Translations under genes and position numbers: made by a program | Assembly: GCA_965645245.1 (NCBI GenBank) | Contig: OZ287079.1 | Coordinates: 620,001 to 684,000 of the forward strand | From: Massalongia carnosa | Lineage: Eukaryota | DNA: 64,000 nucleotides | Direction: 5' to 3' | Shown here: positions 48,041 through 61,274 of the stretch, in pieces | Numbering within the stretch: position 1 is the stretch's first letter | How the letters are laid out: each line of letters begins with the position of its first letter | The notes under the pieces: model-generated | Seen by the model: only the letters and a program-made list of their open reading frames with translations | Databases searched by the model: none | What the model was told of the DNA's origin: nothing

Positions 48041-48867
48041 AGGGATTTCTTCTGGTACATATAGTATGTAGAATTACTTCTTTCATATTTCGCCCCTTTT
48101 AAAGATCTTGCCTTTGCCAAACATCTATAGACAATAGGAGTAATTTCAAAATAACTCGACCCGAGAAGAGTCAGGTTCAAAGTAGCATCACCCCTCGGTT
48201 TTAAAAGGGTTCATGGAAAGTTCAACTGTGAAAGCGGAACCCTAACCCATATAACGTGTATAATAAAAAAACCAACATATTCCAAGTACAGAATATCGCC
48301 TCGCCATCTTATTATGCTACTACGTCGGAAAAGCAAAGAGTTCGGATTATTCGAAAAAATTCAAAGTTTTGTAAACTGTTTTTTTATGAACCATCGATCA
48401 TCGTGTTGAACCGATTGTAACGAAGTACATTCGTTAAACATCGTTTATACACTCAATATCAGGATTTACAAGCCGAAACGTCAAGATTCTTCCTTTACAC
48501 CTTCACTCCCTTCGTTTCCTCCACATCCTTCACTTTTTGGTCGCTCCTCGTCCCCTCATATCAAGAAACGAAAGTCTAAGCCTCATACTTTGAATATAAT
48601 AGAAATAGTCACTTAGCGCCCTAAAAGTGCTAGCTCAACACGTGCAGCACCTCCCCTGCAATTTGAAAAGATAGTGGTTGAAGTTTGAAGAAAAAGTTTT
48701 CTGGGAAGTGCTGAGACTAAAGATACGAAAAGATTTGATTGATAAAAGGTTACATTCCGAGCAGTCTTTGAGGAGGAGAATGTGTAGCATCAACTAAAAC
48801 AAAGAGATATGTATAGTATGATAGCGGAATTGTTTAGAAAATAGAAAAGAGAAAAAGTTCCAGCCTA

Positions 48868-48958
48868 ACCGTGCGACCGAGGAAACCCCTTTGGTAGTGG
48901 ACCGCACCCCGAGCTCTGCTCGGGGTGCGGTCCATCGGATTTACCTCGGTCGCACGGT
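48868..48958. mobile_element. 91 bp palindromic MITE-like element
   Basis: 15 bp perfect terminal IR ACCGTGCGACCGAGG flanked by TA on both sides; internal perfect 17 bp stem. Confidence 0.6.
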
Positions 48959-49138
48959 TAGCTAAACTGGATAAATAAACTAGCTTTAAAGCTACCTAGG
49001 TGGTTATGAAAGCCGTGAAAGCCAATTGCCGGCACTCGTTTCTCTAATGCTTCTTTAAGAGGAAAGGGCTTACACAGTGGGCATGAAAAGATAGCAGAAT
49101 ACCACTTACAGTGCTTTCCTGCGCCCAGGAAAAAGGCC

Positions 49139-50535
49139 ATGATCTCGTGGATGACTAGTCTTTTCGCATCCAATCAACCAACGCAGCTGCTACCTCTGCA
49201 TGTCCAAGAATCGACGATCTCCTACGATCAAGATGAGTACGGGGAGAGAAAGGAAATTACTCGCCGCAAAGGGAGGAGGAAAGAGCGTCATGAGACTACG
49301 GAGGGGGAACAGGAAGAAGCCCGCCCACCATATTTACATGTAAGAAAATATTGAGTCCCGTATGGACTGGGAATGCCTGCTTGATTTGAATAAATTGTCT
49401 AACTCGGTACGCAGTCTATGATCGCTGGCGGAATTGGTGGAACGACGGGGGATCTCCTCATGCATTCAATCGACACTGTGAAAACCCGCCAGCAAGGCGA
49501 TCCAAATATCCCTCCGAAATACACTTCGCTGTCGTCGTCCTATTCCACAATATTTCGACAAGAAGGCCTGCGACGAGGGTTATACAGCGGCGTAACTCCG
49601 GCATTTTTAGGGTCGTTCCCTGGGACCATCATATTCTTTGGAACCTACGAATACACTAAACGCCACATGATAGACGCTGGTCTCCATCATTCTCTTGCCT
49701 ATTTAGCAGGCGGTATGCATACTCTGTTGTGATCAATGGTCTGGCAGGTCTAACGAAGTTAGGCTTTCTTGCTGACCTAGCTGCCTCCGTTGTATACGTG
49801 CCGTCAGAAGTTCTGAAGACCCGGCTTCAACTGCAAGGGCGGTATAACAACCCTTTTTTCAGCTCCGGATATAACTACCGATCAACCATAGATGCAGCGC
49901 GCACGATAGTACGTTATGAGGGAGTCTCTGCCTTGTTTTATGGCTATAAAGCTACCATCTTTCGCGATCTACCATTCTCGGCCTTGCAGTTTGCCTTCTA
50001 CGAGCAGGAACAGAACTGGGCGAAGCAATGGGTTGGAGGCAGAGATATTGGTCTTGGTTTGGAAGTTCTCACCGGCGCAACAGCTGGGGGTATGGCTGGA
50101 GTAATTACTTGCCCGCTTGACGTTGTCAAGACCAGGATCCAGACTCAGATCAATCCCCAGGAGGGGGCTTCAGGTAGCCGGTCGATTCAAACCTGCACAA
50201 CTCTGCACAAGCTTTCAAGAAGTTCCTCAATACCCCGTCAGGAGTACGCTGCTTCGCCAGTCGAATCATCGCAGTCTAGGCGTTGTATCTCGACATCTTC
50301 GCCGAACACATCCATACCAAAACCAGGATCCATCAATCTGGACACCTCGTCTATATTGAAGGGTATGAAGGTCATCTATAAGACTGAGGGGATTGCCGGA
50401 CTATTTCGAGGAGTGGGTCCGCGTCTGGTCTGGACCAGCGTCCAAAGCGGAACAATGCTTGTTCTCTATCAGGCTCTTCTCCGGCAAATGGAGGCTCATC
50501 CGCTATGGGATAACGAAGGCGCTCATATTTCATGA
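49139..50535 (+). CDS. Mitochondrial carrier (SLC25), Mme1/YMR166C-like
   Basis: Three carrier repeats (HSIDTVKTRQQ, PSEVLKTRLQ, PLDVVKTRIQ); two introns. Confidence 0.88.
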
Positions 50536-51042
50536 TACCTGAGCTGGATCTCTTGCCTACCGTTTCGCACACAAGCCTGTACATTAAGATTGCGAAGCGC
50601 TGTACAACATCAGAAGCATCACGACGGAGTTGGATAATCTTCATGTTTTCACGGCATGAAACCGGATGCATTATAGAATGTACAAATCATAGAATCTTGG
50701 CTAGCTTTCTACGCTATATAAAGAAGCTGTCTTTGCGCCAAGAAACATTGAAAACCAAGTCCTCTAACACAAACCCTTTCCACCGTCCACTCAAATGAGG
50801 TACTAATGGAACGGAAAAAGTACCTACACGAGCTACGGTATCGTTTGGCGCTTAATTTGCCTAATTAGGGTTTAGTTTAATGCGCGAAAAGGTAGCCCTA
50901 GTCATCATTTACAATTGTAAACACTCTGCAAAGTAAACATACTCCTCCAATCCATCCCCTTTCGGCTGCTGAAGACAGCTTCTGGAAATATCTTTATTGC
51001 AGTCGCAAAAGTTACGCGACTCAAATTACCAGATCTAACACC

Positions 51043-52162
51043 ATGTCCGGTGCGATCTACTGGCTGCAAAAGCAGAGAAAGAGCGAACTTGCTCTTCTCG
51101 CCGACAAAGTCGGGCTGAAAAAGTGAATCTTCCTTAGGCGCGTTGTCCAGCTCTCTTCTTAAAAGTTTACTGACAATTCCCCCTTAGCTACGAGAATCTA
51201 TTAAAGTCTGACCTCGAAGTCGCGCTCGAGGAGTACATGCGGGTGAACCAATCGAAACTCTCCAGCGACCCCGCGCTAGAGCCGTTCTTCAAGCGCATCA
51301 CAGCGTCGCCGGTCAAACGCGAGAGTGTTAGCACTGCCATCACATCGGCGGACGAGGTGAAGAAACCCAGGCCACGGCGGCAGACCAAGGCGCGTGAAGA
51401 ACTGGAACAGCTGTGAGTTCTCTCTTTGCTAGGCGCGTTCAGCCTCGAAAGAGATGGAGCCTCAAACATTTGCTCATCTTAATCGTTCGCTCGGCTCATT
51501 ATAAACCCCCCAGATTCGACTCCGAAGCCCTTCCGTTCACAAACCGCACCCCACGCACGACCCTATCCTTCGCTCGCTCGCTCACACTCCCTCCCTCCCC
51601 TGCTGTCCTCGCCGACCGAATCGAAAATCAAACCACCACCCTCTCCTCTTCGCTCTCAAGCTATATCTCTTCCTCTCCTCTACCATCATCCCTGCACGCG
51701 CTACGCGCAACCTTGAGTTCAGTCATCAGTATTGAGTTACTTGCTCTCTTCCTCGAAGCCTGGGGCTTGCGTGCCCAAGTCCTGCCCCTGCGCTACCTGA
51801 CCACCCTGCCCGCGATCCCTGCTCTTGGTACCGGTGAATTACCTATTAAGATTCCGGATCTATTCGCAGTGTTGACAGTGGGCTTCTGGGGTCCAGTTGC
51901 GCTGTGGGCTTTGACGAGCGTGTTCCTCCCACTAGCTGGTGCGTGGTTGTTTAATCTGACTGAGGGTGGTAAGCGATATGATCCCGTCAGCTTTAATGTC
52001 GTCAAGGCGCTTGCCGCATGGGTGGTTTACGTTCGCGGCGGCGTTGGGGGCCAGAGTAGGTGGGTAGTGGAGAAGGGGGTGCTAGGTGGCGCACACGGAC
52101 TGCTCGTCGGAGCGGGCATTGGCCTCTTGGCGAGTCTTTATGAGGCCGTGTTGAGGAAGTAG
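51043..52162 (+). CDS. Conserved fungal membrane protein, probably GTT3-like family
   Basis: Spliced WLQKQRKSELALLA..GL...LLKSDLEVALEEY N-terminus and several hydrophobic C-terminal helices; family assignment from memory. Confidence 0.65.
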
Positions 52163-54132
52163 GTCGGACGGTAGGGCATGTACGATGGGACAGAGCGAAG
52201 CTTAAAGCAACGATATAAGAAGCTACCGTGGGGAACCAGGCCTAGAGTTTACGATAGGTGGTTTCCTTATTTCTTCAGCATGATGGAAGGTGTTGGAGAT
52301 TTATGTTTGTCGTTAAGGAAAACGTTTTTCACGCCGCGCATTGTTCCTTCTAATTGACTGATTATTCCTAGGTATTTTCGGTAGTCCTGTGGTCCCCCCC
52401 AGATTTTCTATGCATTTTAATGTCTCTCACTGTTCAAATTCCTTGGCGCCAAGCTCACTATAAGTGTTAGTTCCTGCTTCTTTCAAAAAAAATTGAAACA
52501 TCACTGTATGCATATTCCATCTGCCTTATCATACCAATACCCCACTCCCTCTGGCTAAACGCTCTTACTGTTTGTGGCTCTCCAACTCCCATCTCACTGT
52601 GACCAACGCAGCCATGGTTTAATTACTGGGGACCGGAATCGTAACGGCTATTACGTCGCTCGATTGTGGATAATAGTCGTCTTAATCCGCGTAAGACAGG
52701 CTCAGCCACGAAGGAGGAGACCATTACTAGTAGCAGGAAAGAAGAGTACCTATTGCAATTACAATCCTAAAAGACATTCTACCCAATGGTGGCGGTGGTG
52801 AAAAAAAGCGTTTGCACAGCTCCAGGGGACAGAATCCGTACGTGGATGTGTAAAGCGTAAGGAGCACGTCTACTTTTCTGGGATGGGCCTCCAACCCGCT
52901 TATACGCTGGATAGGAGCACTCATCACCTCCAACGAGTCGCACTCTAGACAGCCTTTCGAAACGATCGCACCAGCAGACCAATAACTATGAACGGATACG
53001 TATCGTAGTATTTCCAACGGCGTCGGTGATAGATAGAAACGGGGCGGGCGAGAAGGGGGTTTTGAGTTTGCGGTTTGAGGTGGAGGCGGGAAGGTTCCGG
53101 AAGGTAGGCGTTGAGAGGGGAGGGCAGTATCGGGTGAGAATTGGCCAAAAATGGTTGGGCATGATTTGGTGGGGGTTTGGGAGTGGCCGTGGGAGGGGGT
53201 GGAGATTAAGGCGTGGGAGGAGAAGGAGAAGGAGAAGGAGAAGGAAGAAAGGGAGAGTGAGAGGGAGAGGAGGACGGCGCGGATGGAGAAGATGAGCAGG
53301 GTGAGAAGGAGGAAGAGGAGGAGGGAAAATTAGCGAGGGGTGAATGGCTGAATATGCTGACGCTAGTGGTCGAAGGCGGAGAGGCCGTCTTCAAGATCAT
53401 GCAGGCAAGCGTTCGTTCGCCATGTCGAGAGGAATCGCTCGTTTCCGTGTACCTACCTTTTTCACATCCCTTCGTCCTCTCAAGCAAGTCCTCTTTCCAA
53501 CCTGCGCAGAGGAGAAATATGAATAAAAATCAAAACCCATTGGGTTTCAAAATAAAGCATATTTGGAAGATAACGAAAAGCGAGAAAACTACCACTGTAA
53601 CTACCTATGCAAAACATGAGGAAACCATGCCCTTACATATACATATACCGACTCAAAAAAGAAAAACAACAACAACAACAAAGGCCATGCATGAGCAAAG
53701 TATGTAAACCAAAGGGCCAACATCGAGGAAAAGGGAAAAAAACATCAAGAAAAAGCTACACCTTTGTTTGTACAGTAGACTTTGTGTATGTTCTCTTCGA
53801 ACAACTGCACTGTAACAAACCCTAGTATTTCAGGAAAGTACATACATGGATGGATAGGTACATAGGATCTTAGCTGGACTGCTGGGCTTGGCTGAGCTGC
53901 ATATACAGAGTATGTACAGCCAGATCAATGTTTCGGGATTATCGCGCCCAGGCTAAGCTAGCCAAGAAGACTGTTCCACTTGCTCGGGAAGTATAACGTT
54001 GCATTTCTCCCGGAACAGGAAGAAAAGGATCGCTATAAAGGAGTAAACAAGCTCGACGATTCTCCCCTTCTTTTATTTTCTCCTCTTTCTTGAAGATCTC
54101 CTGATCAAACTCAAAACACGCCCTACCTACCA

Positions 54133-54452
54133 CTACACGAACACAGCATCGAAGAAGAGTCCCAGATGTACCAAGCCCCTGGTAACAAGGTTGCAGGATA
54201 CTCGGGGCCATCGCAGCATCAATATCCGCCTGCACAAAATCAGTCGCAATATCCATCGCAATATCCTGCGCAACAGCAATCGGAATACCAATCCCCACCA
54301 GCCCCAACTCAAACTGCTGCCCATACCAATTTACATAATCATAGCAATCCAGGAGTGGCCCCAACGCTGAACCAAGAACTCCCAACGAGATGCGAAAGAT
54401 GGTGGCAAGGTCTATGGAGTTGTCGGAGGAGAGTTTGGATGTGTCGGGAGCT
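54133..54452 (-). pseudogene. Possible exon of an orphan or decayed secreted-protein gene
   Basis: Open frame after a TTCTTCAG acceptor (APDTSKLSSDNSIDLATIFRISLGVLG..DCYDY..QPCYQG); signal-peptide-like stretch near 54650-54735 lacks an ATG. Confidence 0.3.
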
Positions 54453-55246
54453 GAAGAATAAAATGGTTACAGAAAGGGATTTCACCGTTGCATTGAAAGG
54501 TAGCCCGTCACTGAAAGAGGCTATTTTGTAAGCTGTAGTGACTGGCCTCAGAATACTGTACGTTGCGTGGGTTGCTGTTGCTTATAACCTTAAAATTTTG
54601 GCGGTACGGTTACAAGGAATCGAAATGATACAGAGTGGCTTTCTCTGAGCGGGGAGGCAAAGGGAAAGAAACGCTTGATGAGAGGATAAGGAAGTCTGCT
54701 AATAAGAGAATGGGCAAAATGAGAAAGCACTTAAAGTAGAGCTTGATTTGATAGATATAGGGGAAAGAAATGATTCTCTGGTACGGTGTGGAGAATAGGC
54801 GGAGGTTGTATTTCTGCGGAGGGTACTACCACCGTTTTTGGATCAATTTCTCTCTACATTGGATATCGGGACGAGAACTGACGTCCGAAGGGCTCCAATG
54901 GAGAAGACAGATCAAGTAACTAGTTTCGGACAAGCCTGGAGACTCGTGTGTTGTCTGTGACCGCTTGTTGAAACTGGTTCTGACCTCGAAAGATTCTGAA
55001 CGTATTCAACCTTTGTTAAAAACCGAACCTGGTACGCTGAGGTGGCTCAAAATATTTTTTGAGACCAAACTAATCAAGACAAGCATAATAGATATGCCAA
55101 ACCAGTCATGACAACTTAGTAAAGTGGCTTGACGTCATGTAAGATATTTCGTCTCTCAGCAGAGATGCGTTCGTTTTACTCTAGTCTTTCGTGAAGAGTA
55201 AGATAAATGCCAACCTCCAAGAAAGCACAAGTATATTTATATCCAG

Positions 55247-56404
55247 TTATAGGGAACCAAGGTTAGCCCTCATAGTTTCTAACCATTCCTCGTCGACCTC
55301 CAAACCCAACAGTTTCTGCTCTTCCACATCGATGTATTCTTCGAGAACTTTGCTATTCTGGAGAAACTTGCAATGATACTTCGCACACCGAAGGTCGCAC
55401 TCCGAATCCACGTGTTTTCCAATTTTTTTATATGCTATGGCTCTTCGAAGATAGGTAATCATAAACAAGTTACTTACCCCCCGCAAAAACCTAGAGTCGG
55501 GACCAATGAAAACATGAAACCTTGCTGTCGACTCCACCACGTCTTGCCAGGCTTCTAGCCTCAAAAATGAGAGAACAATATTCAACATCAGACGACATGA
55601 GATATTCGAAGGATCCTTGCTAAAGGGTCGAGAAATTCCGGAAAATAGATTGTAGCCTGGTCTGTGGTGCAGTTGCTGGCAAGCCGCGAATGCTTTGTGA
55701 TATGTGACGGCACTCTCGTAATAATTTCTCTGCTGGAGAAATTGGTCTCCTTGCTCTTCGAGAGACAATGCGAAAACTAATACAGCTTCGGGGACTCGAG
55801 GAAGCTTTCCTGTCAAAGCTTTCTTCAACTGGGACGCGACGGCAAGATCCACCACTCCATCCACAGCCGCACGAGCGACATGCCATGAGTTCCGAAAGGG
55901 AAGAATTAATGATTCCTGCTTTGCAATGTTCGGGACAAGATCTGGAAACGGTGACAAGACAGTTAAGCGAAGGGTAATTTGATGATAGTGACCGATTTTC
56001 AACAGCCAGAGTAGCGAACAGCATACTTCTAGATCCTCCCCAGGAATCATGAAATCATGTGTCGATAACGCTGGTGCTGGCAAATCATATTTCAAAGAAG
56101 CGCGCAGGCTGTAGAATGGGAACTGACAGGCCAACCGCCCTCTTACAAGAGCGCACAACCCAGCAGTTCTCAAGTCATATTCTAGCAAAGCGTAGTTGGT
56201 GGTAACATGAACGAAAATGTTCTCTCGGTAGAGCACATCTCCGGCTTCTTGGCGGAACTGATAACATACACGAAGAATCGCGGGCTGAAGCGCATGGCAA
56301 GTAGCAGGCTGGTAGGGAGCAGCTCGCCGGGTATGTTTGGTTAGAAGTAGCAGTCGAAATATCTCCATGCGCACCTCTGTGGGAAGATCGAATATGTGCG
56401 CCAT
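55247..56404 (-). CDS. Hypothetical protein with F-box-like N-terminus and TPR-like C-terminus
   Basis: IFDLPTEVRMEIFRLLL, PAILRVCYQFRQEA..VLY.EN.F; EQGDQFLQQRNYYESAVTYHKA and YLRRAIAY helices; long intronless ORF. Confidence 0.7.
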   Translation of the reverse strand: MAHIFDLPTEVRMEIFRLLLLTKHTRRAAPYQPATCHALQPAILRVCYQFRQEAGDVLYRENIFVHVTTNYALLEYDLRTAGLCALVRGRLACQFPFYSLRASLKYDLPAPALSTHDFMIPGEDLEVCCSLLWLLKIGHYHQITLRLTVLSPFPDLVPNIAKQESLILPFRNSWHVARAAVDGVVDLAVASQLKKALTGKLPRVPEAVLVFALSLEEQGDQFLQQRNYYESAVTYHKAFAACQQLHHRPGYNLFSGISRPFSKDPSNISCRLMLNIVLSFLRLEAWQDVVESTARFHVFIGPDSRFLRGVSNLFMITYLRRAIAYKKIGKHVDSECDLRCAKYHCKFLQNSKVLEEYIDVEEQKLLGLEVDEEWLETMRANLGSL

Positions 56405-57516
56405 GGGATCATGATTGCCCGGGTTGGAGTCAACAATGTGCCGCAAGGCGTGAATAGTTCTGGAAAGGGCTTTCAACTATTTATCAGTTTTTGTTCCCTC
56501 AAAGGAGGATACGGATGTGCCTTCTCACATACTGCATAAACCCCACCTTGCTGCATCCAATCAAGAATGAGGATGAATCCGCCAGCCTTGTAATCGAAGC
56601 AACGGCAGAGATGCTAATAAGTCAAGTGGTAGAAGCAAAGTTCTACAAACAATTTATTCTATACCAAGCAAAGATCCAGAAGGTCTCGCCTTGAATTCCG
56701 ATTGCATGTTCGAGTTGGTCGGGTGCAGTCCAATCCAAGTCATTCATCCCTTGCCCGATAAATCGAACATTTTACATAGTCTCGCATACGTAAATCATCC
56801 ATGGAGCACGATATTTCGTACGACGATTCCTGTCCTCCACAAGCGCATACCGCTGGAGGTGTATCATGACGGTGTTAGAAAGGGTCCATCTCTAAAGGAG
56901 ATACCTATACGAGTAAGGCCGAGTAAGGCCGCCTTCTGTGCGGCCCCCAGAAAGAGCAAGCCGGGAACTATCTACAGAGTCTAATACGAAAACCTTGTCA
57001 TCACCCACGAACCTCCAAGGTGGTGGTCTGTCACTTAAAGCTTGACCTCGCATCGTGATGTCCTACTGGTGGACTCGTGATTCTAGGTGCAAAATGACTG
57101 TATTGGTTAGTGATTACGAAATATGAAAACGGCGTAAACAACTTGTTCTGGTTTGATACATGGCTCTTGACTTAACGACGGAGGCGAAAATTTGAGAAGT
57201 TGATGATGGGAGAACTTACAGGTAGAAATGTAGAAAGAACGGCGAAGAGCGCTGAAGCCGTAACCACTTAGTTAGCTAAATAAGTTAGCACTCGCACTTC
57301 GCGAAGAACTGCCCATTTGAAACTCTCTACCTTGTAATCCGTCATCTTTCACTTTGTTAAATTCACGCAACGATATTATAGAATTGATCCCACGACATAA
57401 CACCCATACGCTTGGAATAATTATCTGTCAGGTCCGGCCTTGCTGTCAGACGCCCAACACGCCTTGCAAAGGTCCCAAAGATTGCTTGCGTGTCCGTCCG
57501 TGACAAATCCACGACC

Positions 57517-58670
57517 ATGTCGTTAACAAATTGCCGCTTTTACGAGGAGAAGTACCCCGACATAGATAGTTTTGTCATGGTGAATGTAAGTGAACTCAAG
57601 AGACCGTGTACTGGGAATTCTTGCTGATTTCAGGCTAGGTCAAGCAAGTAAGTACGCCCGTTCCGTGCCACCACAACATTGCCTTTCTCATAGTTGTGGC
57701 AGATCGCGGAGATGGGTGCATACGTCAAACTTTTAGAGTATGATAACATCGATGGGATGATTCTACTTTCCGAGCTCTCGAGACGTCGGATACGAAGTAT
57801 ACAAAAGCTCATTCGCGTGGGGAGGAATGAGGTAGTGGTAGTGCTGAGAGTGGATAAAGAAAAGGGTAAGTAATGGCAGGTCTAGAAGAAAAGCGGTTTA
57901 GCCATGCTCATACGGATCCTAGGTTATATAGATCTCTCAAAACGAAGAGTGTCACCCGAGGATATTGTGAAATGCGAGGAGCGATTCAATAAGGGCAAGA
58001 TGGTGGCTTCGATCATGCGACATGTAGCCGAGAAGACTAAGACGCCGATGGAGACCTTGTACTCCCAAATTGGCTGGCCATTAAACAAAAAATATGGTCA
58101 CGCGGTGGATGCCTTCAAATTGTCAATCACGTATGAGGTTTGGAATCCCCATCCCCCGATATATCTGCTCACCCACTGCATAGAAACCCGGATGTTTGGC
58201 AAGAAGTGACCTTCCCAAGCGACGTCGTCAAGAACGAGCTTCTCTCCTACATTGGAAAGCGCCTGACTCCTCAACCGACCAAAGTCCGCGCTGACGTTGA
58301 AGTCACTTGTTTCGGATACGAAGGAATCGACGCCGTGAAAAACGCCCTTCGCACCGCAGAAGCTAAAAATACCCCGGACACGCATGTTAAGGTTAAGCTG
58401 GTCTCGCCCCCTCTGTACGTTTTGACCTCGCAGTGCCTGGAAAAGAACGTTGGAATTACCACGTTGGAGCAAGCAATTAAAGAGATTGAACTGAACATTC
58501 GGGCCAACGGCGGTGGCTGTGTGACAAAGATGGCTCCGAAAGCGGTGACGGAGAATGATGATGCCGAGTTAGCAGCGCTGATGGAGAAGAAGGAGAGAGA
58601 AAACCAAGAGGTTAGCGGGGACGAGAGTATGAGCGAGAGCGATGAAGGAGTGGTTCCGGAGACGATGTAA
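57517..58670 (+). CDS. SUI2: Translation initiation factor eIF2 alpha
   Basis: [22 protein letters not shown] (Ser51 site), [25 protein letters not shown]; 4 introns. Confidence 0.97.
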
Positions 58671-59258
58671 ATAATGTTGTGACGACTAATCTACCATCGT
58701 CTGTTGTCTAGTGGACTCGCCTTGGGTTTCTTTCAAAGTTTAATCTATCAGGTTTCTCGGAAGTAAATTCGTGAATTATTCCTCGGGAGTGTGAAAGGTA
58801 GTTAGGGGGACATAATAGGGGGTGCTACTCATCAATCCCGTGGGATTTAGCGTTCATACTGTACTTTCCCCGCCACGTGCCCGCGTTACCCGGGGGACTT
58901 CTAAACCTCAGGACGTTTTTTAAATTTCATACCACATAGCTCCCGCTGCATAATTAGTCAGCCCCCTAACTTCGTAAGGGCTAAAACTAAATATTGATGT
59001 AAACATGGGACGCGGCTCCCCCATCTCACCGTCTTCAATAATCATACCTCGCTGTCTCCAACTTTGAAGTTATTCAACATGTCTTTATATTTCGATGCCA
59101 CCAGACCCGAAAGCGACCTTGATAGTCAAGACGCCCGAGGACCAGCTTCCTCCGCTCTGCTTCCGCTTTCCACCTTGTTGTCTCTTCCACCCAATCTGTT
59201 ATTGATTCGTCAGCAAGCATTTCAGCTGCATGCAGAGTTGATTTGGACGGCGGATGAA

Positions 59259-59440
59259 TGTCAGGGTCCTAGCCTGACATAAGGCTGAGATAGAAGTGGG
59301 GCTCACGGGAGCACACGAGGCTAGCGCGACACTCGGTGCAGATATTTCTAGCGAGTCGCCGCACAATAATTCTTTTCTTCTTTTGTAGATAAATTTTGGT
59401 TTAATAGCGGTTGATTAGAATCGACGACAGCTTCCTTACA
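59259..59440. mobile_element. Solo LTR (182 bp) inside the MULE transposase
   Basis: TGTCAGG...CCTTACA termini; 5 bp TSD ATGAA (59254-59258, 59441-59445). Confidence 0.85.
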
Positions 59441-61274
59441 ATGAATAAGCACAATTCTGGCCGTTTGTGGACAATATCTGGGTGCATAATCATACAGGGG
59501 CGATGACGAAGAAACGGATTCAAAAATCCTATTGGTACTGTAGGCTATGGAAAATGACGTCGAAAAAAAATCCGAGGGACATGGAATTCGAGCTAAACGT
59601 CTAAGAATAACTTCTTCCTGCAGCAAAAAATTAGCTATGTTGAAAAAATTTGATGATGCAGATAATCTGCTAACGGTGAGGTTATATACATAGAAAAAAA
59701 GCTTGATCAGCAGGAGCACAATCATACTTTGGAATATTTAGATGGTATCAAAATCAACTCCGCAATCAAACTCACTGCAGGCAAAGAGGTGGCAAAAGGA
59801 TACACCCCGGCCGTCGTCAATCGAAATATGCAAGGCATCAAATGGCTGGGAAATTCTGAAACTTTGAAAGACGCAGGGGGCTCGCATTTTAACCTCAAGG
59901 CCGTTCACAATGCTAGCATTGATTTCAAAAGAGCGCATCCTGATGCACGAGTATTGGGGGCTAAAGAGGCCTGGGTTAATCAATTGAAGGATTGTTTTGA
60001 TGCTTTGCAAGTATTGGGCGAAGACGTTTTAGCTGCAAAGCTTGAAATAAGTCGTGCAGTTGGTGGAGAAAAATCATACGCTATAGCATTTGCAAAAAGG
60101 TCTAGATTGAAAATTTTGATGAAACGTGGTCATTTGACTTTGATGGATAGCACTCATAATACTAATCATCTGAAATGGAAATTATTTACCCTGATGATTC
60201 GCGACGAATATGGAAGCTGGATTCCTGGAGCTCATATACTAGCTAGCAACGAAGACGGTGATATCATTGGAGAATTTCTTCGTCAAATCAAACAATGGTC
60301 TAGGGCATGGAGACTTCGTTACATCATCACCGATGATTCTGCAGCCGAGAAACGAGGCGTCAGCCTTGCCTTTCAAGGCCTGATAGCAGGGGAGATGGAG
60401 TTTTCACATTTTCTTAGTCGCACCCATTCAGAGCGTACGTTGAAGCGAAAACTTAGTGGTGCCAGATGTCAAAATGCCAGAAAGCATCTATATGCATCCA
60501 TCAAAAAACATGCAGATGGTGAGATCGTCATATTTTTGAAGCTTCATTCGCCACATTAATTAGTATAATAGGTAAAGCGGATTTCATGACTTTTTCGTTG
60601 ACGGGGGCTGCAAATCATGTGATTCGCGTAGGGGATCAATGGGAAAATAGAGCTCGCGCTGAAAAAGCTAGCTTTCGTACTACTAGCACGGCCGAATGCC
60701 AGGAATGCCCTCATCTACGAAAATTTCCCTTTCCAGTGCAAAAGCTTATAGTTGATCAATGGAAGCTAGCTGCTAAAAGCCTAGCAGACGGTGAAGCACC
60801 GGCAGGTGAAATGCCAGATGAGCTGACATGTCTTGTAGATTGTTTATTTTATCGACAATATCAACTTCCATGCAGGCATCTATGGCAGTATCACATCGTT
60901 TTCGAGACGTTTCAGGAGTCCGATTGGTTGGCTTGGGCCGAGAAGTTTGAAGATAACGGCTTTGAGGTGTATGAAACGTCGGCTAGACTGAATATTGAAC
61001 GTCACGAAGATATCGAGGAACCTGATCGTCATATGCTGCAGATGAAGGAGGTTTTAGACACTATAAAAGAGAAATTCTACGAAGTTATGGAGCACACCGC
61101 TGATTGGACAGCTGAGGAAAGAAATCCTCAAATAGAGAGATGGCTTGGGTGGCTGGAGAAATTGACTGGCCTAATCAGAAGACAGGGGGTGGAGGAGGCC
61201 TTGCAAGAGCTGAAAGATGAGGCGGCGACGGGGGGGTTTTGGAAGCGGCGACGAGATGAAAATAATGACTAAGG

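Noticed and set aside
53026..53333. Arg/Glu-rich plus-strand ORFs
   Set aside because: Produced by a purine-rich (GAGAAG)n simple repeat.
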